From positions 77,572 through 141,571 of the forward strand of contig MEPC01000024.1 in the NCBI GenBank assembly GCA_001769655.1: a stretch of 64,000 bases of DNA. Direction: 5' to 3'. The translations under genes were made by a program, and so were the position numbers. Shown here piece after piece: positions 57,839 to 64,000 of the stretch (position 1 is its first letter; each line of letters starts with the position of its first letter). The notes under the pieces were generated by a model. It saw nothing but the letters and a program-made list of their open reading frames with translations. It was not told the origin of the DNA and did not search any database. This DNA comes from Bacteroidetes bacterium RIFCSPLOWO2_12_FULL_37_12 (GTDB taxonomy: Bacteria; Bacteroidota; Bacteroidia; 2-12-FULL-37-12).

Positions 57839-58123
57839 CTAATAATAATGTCCTTTCATTGAATGCACACGAATATTTCCATTATCTAAAGGTTCATACA
57901 CTAAGCGGTCAATGGCATTAATTCTACGGGACCAGCAACCTGAAAAATCGTACTTTAAACCTTCTGGTTTTCCAATACCGGTAAACGGAGTTTCTAAAAT
58001 ATTTTCCAATAATTTACGAATACGTTTCAGCACAGCTACATTGCCAGTTTTTTTCCAGTATATAAGGTCATCTTTTGCTTTATCAGAATATATTAATCTG
58101 TTTTCATTCAGCTTTTCTTCCAT
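57839..58123 (-). CDS. yoeB: Txe/YoeB-family toxin
   Basis: TPFTGIGKPEGLKY, GCWSRRIN..DRLVY, KGHY. Confidence 0.92.
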   Translation of the reverse strand: MEEKLNENRLIYSDKAKDDLIYWKKTGNVAVLKRIRKLLENILETPFTGIGKPEGLKYDFSGCWSRRINAIDRLVYEPLDNGNIRVHSMKGHYY

Positions 58124-58320
58124 ATTTCATCAAGGGGTATAGTGGAAAATTTGCCGTCTTTAAATTGTTGCTGACTTTCTTTTAATTTCTTTACAAATTC
58201 AGATTTATATGGCTTTTCCGTAGAAATCGTGAATTTAATTTTAAAAGCTTTTATTACGGCTTTTATTGCTTCTATTTGCGAAATATCGCGTGGATAGGCA
58301 GTAAAATTAAATGCTTGCAT
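58108..58320 (-). CDS. Putative antitoxin (DUF2683-like)
   Basis: 70 aa upstream of and overlapping yoeB; KAFKIKF...PY..EFVKK...S..Q...GK...IW pattern. Confidence 0.7.
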   Translation of the reverse strand: MQAFNFTAYPRDISQIEAIKAVIKAFKIKFTISTEKPYKSEFVKKLKESQQQFKDGKFSTIPLDEIWKKS

Positions 58321-58462
58321 GATTTTAAAATTATAAATTTACTGGTTGAGTTCTTTGAAGTGCCCTTAAAAAAGTGATATAAAGCAACACAAATTTACAT
58401 AAATTTTTCAATTACACATGTACATTATAAAAAATCACCACCAATACCGTACCTTTGCAACA

Positions 58463-58999
58463 ATGCAAACACATTCCACTACTGTATTAGCTGTTATGCA
58501 CAACGGCGAAACTGCCATGGGAGCCGATGGTCAGGCAACCCTTGGAAATACCATAGTAAAAAGTACGGTGAATAAACTGCGGGTTTTGCACGATGGTAAA
58601 ATACTCGCTGGGTTTGCCGGGTCCACTGCAGACGCATTTACATTAATTGAACGTTTTGAGGAAAAATTAAAAGCATATTCAGGCAACATGAAGCGTTCAG
58701 CCATTGAACTTGCAAAAGATTGGAGGATGGACCGCTATCTGCGCCGGTTAGAGGCGATGCTTATTGTGGCGGATAAGGAGGAGATTCTGACTGTTTCCGG
58801 GAACGGGGATGTGTTGGCGCCTGATAATGGGATTACTTCCATTGGTTCCGGAAGCATGTATGCATTGTCTGCGGCAACAGCGCTAAAAAAACATGCTCCA
58901 CAACTTTCGGCTGAACAAATAGTTGAGGAGTCCATGCGCATCGCGGCAGATATTTGTATTTATACAAATCATAATCTTACTGTAAAATCGTTAAAATAA
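58463..58999 (+). CDS. hslV: ATP-dependent protease subunit HslV
   Basis: [51 protein letters not shown] box directly upstream of this ATG. Confidence 0.95.
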   Translation: MQTHSTTVLAVMHNGETAMGADGQATLGNTIVKSTVNKLRVLHDGKILAGFAGSTADAFTLIERFEEKLKAYSGNMKRSAIELAKDWRMDRYLRRLEAMLIVADKEEILTVSGNGDVLAPDNGITSIGSGSMYALSAATALKKHAPQLSAEQIVEESMRIAADICIYTNHNLTVKSLK

Positions 59000-59059
59000 T
59001 AATTACCACCTTTTCAATTATATCTTCGCGCTTTTAGCCAAAATATTATTTTCCATACC

Positions 59060-60154
59060 ATGCTTTCATGGAGAAACAAATTAATTTTATTCATTAATTA
59101 TTGTGTCAGTTTTTGCCTGATAGTTGGATTATCAGCGCCTTACATTCCTCCTTCTCAATTTGTTTATTTAAGCTACCTGGCTCTCGGGATTCATTTTTTT
59201 CTTTTTACTTCTATCGTGTTAATGATTTACTGGATTTTCAATTGGTTAAAAAAAGGAATATTGATAAATATCATAACCTTACTGATTTGTTTTTCTCCTT
59301 TTTCCAATACCTTTTCATTAAGAAAAAACCTTCCAAAGCATCCCCATACAGCCATCAAAGTGCTCACATATAATGTTATGAATCTTGATTTATACCGTTG
59401 GTCAAGGGGAGAGATTGTGCGTGAGAAAATAATAAAACTCATTGACAGTTTATCGGCGGATATTATTTGCCTTCAGGAATTTTATCAGGGAGAAGAATCG
59501 GCTAATGACAATATTAAAATTATTTCCTCGTCAACAGAAAATAAATTTCATTATTTTCATCCCTTTGTCAGCAGACCTAAACGAGGAGGTTTTTTCGGGA
59601 ATGTCATTTTTTCACGTTTTCCCATACTAAAAACCGGAGCAATCCCATTTCCTGGAAAAACTTCCAATGGAGGAATTTATGCCGACATTTTGTTACCGAA
59701 ACACGATACGGTGCGGGTTTATTGCTTGCATCTTGAATCGTTTCACATTCCCCAGCAGGATTTCACAAATTTAGAGCATCCTGGTAATAATGAAAAGGAA
59801 AGTGTGAAATCAGCTAAAAAAATACGCCGGAAATTATCAACTGCTTTTATAAAAAGAGAAGCACAGGCAAAGGTTGTCAAGCAATCATTAAATAAATGTC
59901 ACTATCCGGTGATTGTAGCCGGTGATTTTAATGACACTCCTTATTCTTATGCCTATCATAAAATTCGCGGAAACCTCGAAGATGCTTTCACCACTTCAGG
60001 TAAATGGTGGAGTACAACTGTCTATAAGCCCATGCCTTTATGGAGAATTGATTATCTGCTTTATTCAAAATCCATTCATGTTTTCGGATACGAAACCATT
60101 CAGAAAAAATTATCTGACCACAAGCCAGTTTTTGCGTGGTTTGAGATGCGGTAG
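59060..60154 (+). CDS. Endonuclease/exonuclease/phosphatase-family membrane protein
   Basis: N-terminal TM helices; TYNV, DIICLQE, HLES, GDFND, RIDY, SDH. Confidence 0.9.
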   Translation: MLSWRNKLILFINYCVSFCLIVGLSAPYIPPSQFVYLSYLALGIHFFLFTSIVLMIYWIFNWLKKGILINIITLLICFSPFSNTFSLRKNLPKHPHTAIKVLTYNVMNLDLYRWSRGEIVREKIIKLIDSLSADIICLQEFYQGEESANDNIKIISSSTENKFHYFHPFVSRPKRGGFFGNVIFSRFPILKTGAIPFPGKTSNGGIYADILLPKHDTVRVYCLHLESFHIPQQDFTNLEHPGNNEKESVKSAKKIRRKLSTAFIKREAQAKVVKQSLNKCHYPVIVAGDFNDTPYSYAYHKIRGNLEDAFTTSGKWWSTTVYKPMPLWRIDYLLYSKSIHVFGYETIQKKLSDHKPVFAWFEMR

Positions 60155-60204
60155 AGGCTGACATTAAACTTTTACTTTTAACTTTTTACTTTTTACATAT
60201 ATAT

Positions 60205-60545
60205 TATCACTGTTGTCCAACTAAAAAAAGCGATGAATTAGATTAGCCCTGAAAGGGCTTAACCTCATAACACAGGGCACCGCCCTGTGTAGATTAAACT
60301 CGCACTCAGACTAACCCTGAAAGGGTTACACTTCTAATCTCAAACTTAATAAAGTACTAATGATAAAAGTTACGCCCTTTCAGGGCTCAGGGAACATTAC
60401 ACAAGGCGTTGCCCTGTGTTAGTATGTTTTGCCCTTTCAGGGCTTAACGAAAGCACTCTGATTATCAGTGGGGGACTTTTGTAAAATCATTATCTATCAG
60501 AGTGAGAATAGTTGTTTTTATATGTTTAGTCGGACAATAGTGATA
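60205..60545. mobile_element. MITE-like element carrying inverted GCCCTGAAAGGGC REP doublets
   Basis: Ends tatcactgttgtccaactaaa / tttagtcggacaatagtgata; four CCCTGAAAGGG/CCCTTTCAGGG hairpins and two acacaRggc..gccctgtgt hairpins. Confidence 0.7.
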
Positions 60546-60626
60546 TATTATTAAAGAGAAAAATGATGAATGTAAAATGATAAATGTAAAAGGTAAAATT
60601 TAATCTGCAACATTCGAGAAGTTACG

Positions 60627-61922
60627 TTACAACACCCAATACCCCGCTTTGCGAAATTTTCCGGAAAAAATTCCTTTAATATCCATGACAAATCCTTTTT
60701 TCTTAAGGATAGACAGAAAGTAATTTTCGGTTAATGAACGGTATTCATTATGAGATACAGCCACAATTACGGCATCATACTTACCTGAGATACGCCGTGT
60801 TAATGAAATTCCGTATTCTTCTTTAAATTCAGATGCGTTTGCATGAGGGTCGGTGACACTAACGATTAGTTTGTAATCATTTAAGGTTTTAATGATATCA
60901 ACCACTTTGGAATTACGTATGTCTTCAACATTTTCCTTGAAGGTAGCGCCCATGACAAGCACGCGGGATTTTTTTAAGGGTTTATTGTTTTCGATTAATT
61001 TAAGCACCGTTTGTTTCGCAATATAAAATCCCATGGAATCGTTGACATATCTTCCTGCAAGAATTACTTTTGAATGATACCCAACTTCAGATGCCTTATG
61101 AGTAAGGTAATACGGGTCAACTCCAATGCAATGTCCACCCACCAGCCCTGGATAAAATTTTAAAAAATTCCATTTAGTACCTGCGGCTTGCAGGACATCG
61201 TTGGTATTAATATTCAGCCGCTTAAAAATAAGCGAGAGTTCATTCATAAGAGCAATGTTAAGGTCACGCTGAGTATTTTCAATTACTTTTGCGGCTTCGG
61301 CAACTTTTATGGAAGGCGCTCTATGAACTCCAGCTGTTACAATTAGTTCATAAACGGATGCCACTTCATTTAGTGTAGTAGCGTTATTCGCCGAAACTAT
61401 TTTAATAACTCGTGAAAGTGTATGCTCTTTATCACCTGGGTTAATTCTTTCTGGAGAATATCCCACCTTGAAATCTTTTGTAAATTTTAATCCGGATTCC
61501 CTTTCAAGAACAGGAATACATTCTTCTTCCGTACAACCCGGATAGACCGTTGATTCATAAACTACTATGTCTCCCTTTTTAAGATTTTTTCCTACTATTT
61601 CAGAAGCGCCTTTCAATGCCCTCAAATCAGGATAATTGTGTTCATCAACAGGGGTGGGGACGGCAATAATAAAAAAAGATGCTTTTTTTAAAACGAAAGG
61701 GTCAGAAGAAAAATAAATATCACAATCCTCAAATTCTTTTTTATCAAGTTCTCCACTCGGGTCAACACTTTTCTGTAAATGTTTTATGCGTTTTTCATTT
61801 ATATCGAAACCTATTACCTTGATTTTTTTTGCAAAGGCAAGCGCAACAGGTAATCCTACATAGCCCAATCCGATTACGGCAAGGGAAGTGTTTTTTGAGA
61901 GTAATTGCTGGTATGTGGACAT
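60627..61922 (-). CDS. Nucleotide-sugar dehydrogenase (TviB/WbpO-like)
   Basis: GLGYVG, VPTP, ESTVYPG, SPERINPGD, AKVIENTQRD, GGHCIGVDP, FKENVEDIRNS; start at MSTYQQ. Confidence 0.93.
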   Translation of the reverse strand: MSTYQQLLSKNTSLAVIGLGYVGLPVALAFAKKIKVIGFDINEKRIKHLQKSVDPSGELDKKEFEDCDIYFSSDPFVLKKASFFIIAVPTPVDEHNYPDLRALKGASEIVGKNLKKGDIVVYESTVYPGCTEEECIPVLERESGLKFTKDFKVGYSPERINPGDKEHTLSRVIKIVSANNATTLNEVASVYELIVTAGVHRAPSIKVAEAAKVIENTQRDLNIALMNELSLIFKRLNINTNDVLQAAGTKWNFLKFYPGLVGGHCIGVDPYYLTHKASEVGYHSKVILAGRYVNDSMGFYIAKQTVLKLIENNKPLKKSRVLVMGATFKENVEDIRNSKVVDIIKTLNDYKLIVSVTDPHANASEFKEEYGISLTRRISGKYDAVIVAVSHNEYRSLTENYFLSILKKKGFVMDIKGIFSGKFRKAGYWVL

Positions 61923-61956
61923 ATTTTGAAAAGGGACTCCAAATATATAAAATTTT

Positions 61957-63276
61957 TCAACTATTACCAGAACCAAGGAAGATATAATATCCGAATTTTT
62001 TACGCACAACCCATGTAGAAAGAACATTGGCGACTATTACACTAATCATGGTAGAGACGGCAGAGCCATTTATTCCATAATGTGGTACCAATAAAAAACT
62101 CAACACTATATTCAACAAAGCAGATACGATGTGAATATTTCTTACCGCATTATGATGGGATGTCATCATCAGAAGATTACCTACAGAGCCGGAATAAGCA
62201 TTGATGAATTGCCCGGTAGCTACGCAAACAAGTGGAAAATAAGCAGGAACAAATTCTTCGCCGAATAAAGATAATACATTTTTACCCCAACTAAGAATAA
62301 TGATATAAACAGGAAGTGAAATCCAAGCGGTGAAACGGGCTGTTTTTTGAACGGTTGTCCTAAGTTCTTCCATCTTTCCTGCATGATATAATTCAGAAAA
62401 AACAGGCGCGGCGATGGTATTCATTGCCGCCAACATAAAACTGGTATATCCTGCCACACGAAAAGAAATATTAAACAATCCCACCTCCTTTTCATTTCTA
62501 AAAAAACCAAGTATCAGCGAGTCCGAATACAGTAGGATGATTTGAGCAAGCGCAATAATATAAAAAGGAAGAGCATTCTTAAAGAGCAATAAGGAACTCT
62601 GATGGAAAATTTTTTCATTGGAGTTGGATTTTTCAAAAAACTTTTTGAGGAAAAACAAGCCCGCAATTCCTGAAATAAACAATGCGATGATATAACTGTA
62701 TAAAGGATTATTTTTTTCAAAAAACCAATAGGTCAGAATTGCCAATGATATCCATTGAATAGAAACAGGCAATATATTTTCCAATAGTGATGATTGATTT
62801 ATTTTTTTAAGTCCTCGCAGGGAATCCTTAAAATAATCAGTGCACGCAGAAATTAAAATCAGTATGGCGGCTAACCGGATAAATCCTAAACGCGAAATGT
62901 CCCCTTTAAAGAACGTATTATTAATTATATCGGATGTAAAAAAAATTAAAATTCCAAGCGCTAAACCTACCCATAAAATAATAAGAAAGCACTTTCTGAA
63001 AATAGTGGCGGCAGAAGCAAAAGAATAGTTAGTCAGATGTTCCGGTATCCATTTGACTAATGAAATATTAAATCCACATTTAACTAGTAAAGCTCCGACT
63101 TCTACTAACGCTATTAATAAAACAAGGGAACCAATACCCCCAGCTCCATAGTACTGCGCCATATAAATATTCAAGCCAAAAGCCATCAATACTCCTATAA
63201 TCCGGATACCAAGATTAGAAAAGGCATTTTTAAGAATCAGTCGGAAAAAAGATACCGGCTCTGCAAACTCATTCAT
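61957..63276 (-). CDS. wzx: Polysaccharide flippase (Wzx/MATE-like)
   Basis: About 12 TM helices; DSLILG...VGLF, APVFSELY, GSVGNLLMMT, LLVPHYGINGSA. Confidence 0.85.
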   Translation of the reverse strand: MNEFAEPVSFFRLILKNAFSNLGIRIIGVLMAFGLNIYMAQYYGAGGIGSLVLLIALVEVGALLVKCGFNISLVKWIPEHLTNYSFASAATIFRKCFLIILWVGLALGILIFFTSDIINNTFFKGDISRLGFIRLAAILILISACTDYFKDSLRGLKKINQSSLLENILPVSIQWISLAILTYWFFEKNNPLYSYIIALFISGIAGLFFLKKFFEKSNSNEKIFHQSSLLLFKNALPFYIIALAQIILLYSDSLILGFFRNEKEVGLFNISFRVAGYTSFMLAAMNTIAAPVFSELYHAGKMEELRTTVQKTARFTAWISLPVYIIILSWGKNVLSLFGEEFVPAYFPLVCVATGQFINAYSGSVGNLLMMTSHHNAVRNIHIVSALLNIVLSFLLVPHYGINGSAVSTMISVIVANVLSTWVVRKKFGYYIFLGSGNS

Positions 63277-63338
63277 TATTTAACCATTTAACGTAGTAAC
63301 AAAGTATTCATATGCTGAATCCATTTGGAGTAGGAAAC

Positions 63339-63419
63339 AGGTATAAAGGTATAGGGGGTATAAGGTATAGAGGTATAGAGGTTTAGCCCCTATACCATAT
63401 ACCTTTATACCCTATACCC
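63339..63419. repeat. GGTATA/TATACC micro-repeat inverted pair
   Basis: aggtataaaggtatagggggtataaggtatagaggtatag ... ccctataccatatacctttataccctatacc. Confidence 0.85.
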
Positions 63420-64000
63420 ATTTTCCTTAATGCCTAACTGCTTTTCATAACTTAATTTAAAGCCGGCAATTCCTCCCAGGTTTCTTTTAAAATGGATTAA
63501 ACCGTAATTAGGAACTCCTTTTTCGGTAGCAATTCCAAGATCCATTATCTCATACTTATTTTCCCGGCAAAAATTATAAATGCCTTCCATTAAAAGAACC
63601 ATGGGACTGAACGAAGAAAACTGAACTTCATATCCTAAATAAAATATATAAAAAATGGATGCGTTTATTCTTACACCAACGGATGCGCTGAGTAGTTTGT
63701 TTTCGTTGTTGAAAACGCCAAATAAAAAATAATTTTCCGGAAACTGTTTAAAAGAATCGGAGAGTTTGAAAAATGACATACTTAACTCATCCTTATGTTT
63801 CCTGACTGATACTGAAAGAAAATTATAAACTTCTTCTAGGTACTTTACAGGGTCTAAGACATCAAAATAAAATTTATTTTTTTTACATTTATTTAATATC
63901 CATTTCTCTGAAGAATCAATTTTATCAATGAAGGGTTTTTCGTTGATTTCCAGATGAAAATTCAAATCGGTGGTTTTAACAGTAAATCCGGATTGTAAAA
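63405..64000 (-). CDS. GNAT/FemAB-like acetyltransferase, C-terminal part (runs off window)
   Basis: FSSFSPMVLL..IY.FC, MDLGIAT, NYGLIHFKRNLG; frame open to the window edge. Confidence 0.75.
   Translation of the reverse strand, partial: LQSGFTVKTTDLNFHLEINEKPFIDKIDSSEKWILNKCKKNKFYFDVLDPVKYLEEVYNFLSVSVRKHKDELSMSFFKLSDSFKQFPENYFLFGVFNNENKLLSASVGVRINASIFYIFYLGYEVQFSSFSPMVLLMEGIYNFCRENKYEIMDLGIATEKGVPNYGLIHFKRNLGGIAGFKLSYEKQLGIKENGYRV

Noticed and set aside
440..63028. Numerous 60-160-aa antisense or alternate-frame ORFs in the track
   Set aside because: They overlap well-supported genes and show no independent motifs

Overview
Low-GC chromosomal window from a Bacteroidota-type genome. The assignment rests on TAnnTTTG promoter boxes, T9SS C-terminal sorting domains, DUF4905/LysM, DUF5777 and BrxA/B genes. 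It holds about 47 CDS and one tRNA-Glu(TTC). Housekeeping and envelope genes include nfeD, two tandem LysM proteins, rfbC, comEC, mtgA, ldcA, sodA, pepT, moaCB, hslV and the end of a polysaccharide locus. The most notable locus is 43168-54552, a co-directional redox cluster. It encodes a T9SS-sorted CxxCH/Reeler-like protein, a cytochrome c lipoprotein, a DUF5777 beta-barrel and a periplasmic cytochrome c, followed by a complete alternative complex III (actABCDEF). Its ActA carries seven CxxCH motifs, and no oxidase genes follow it. A YceI-like lipoprotein upstream has a matching Crp/Fnr-like box. This is a candidate quinol-to-cell-surface electron conduit (inference). A second notable zone, 38050-39700, has small toxin-antitoxin genes, each ending at a copy of a ~260-bp direct repeat built from REP-like hairpins, next to an internally deleted IS200-like element. 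The window is dense in small repeats: GTAG palindromes, MITE-like elements (one apparently in frame inside a gene), 7/8-mer micro-repeat arrays (one read through to fuse two TPR modules) and in-frame palindromes inside a YhcG nuclease gene. No CRISPR array, rRNA or intact transposase/integrase was seen. All family assignments come from motif recognition by eye, not database searches.
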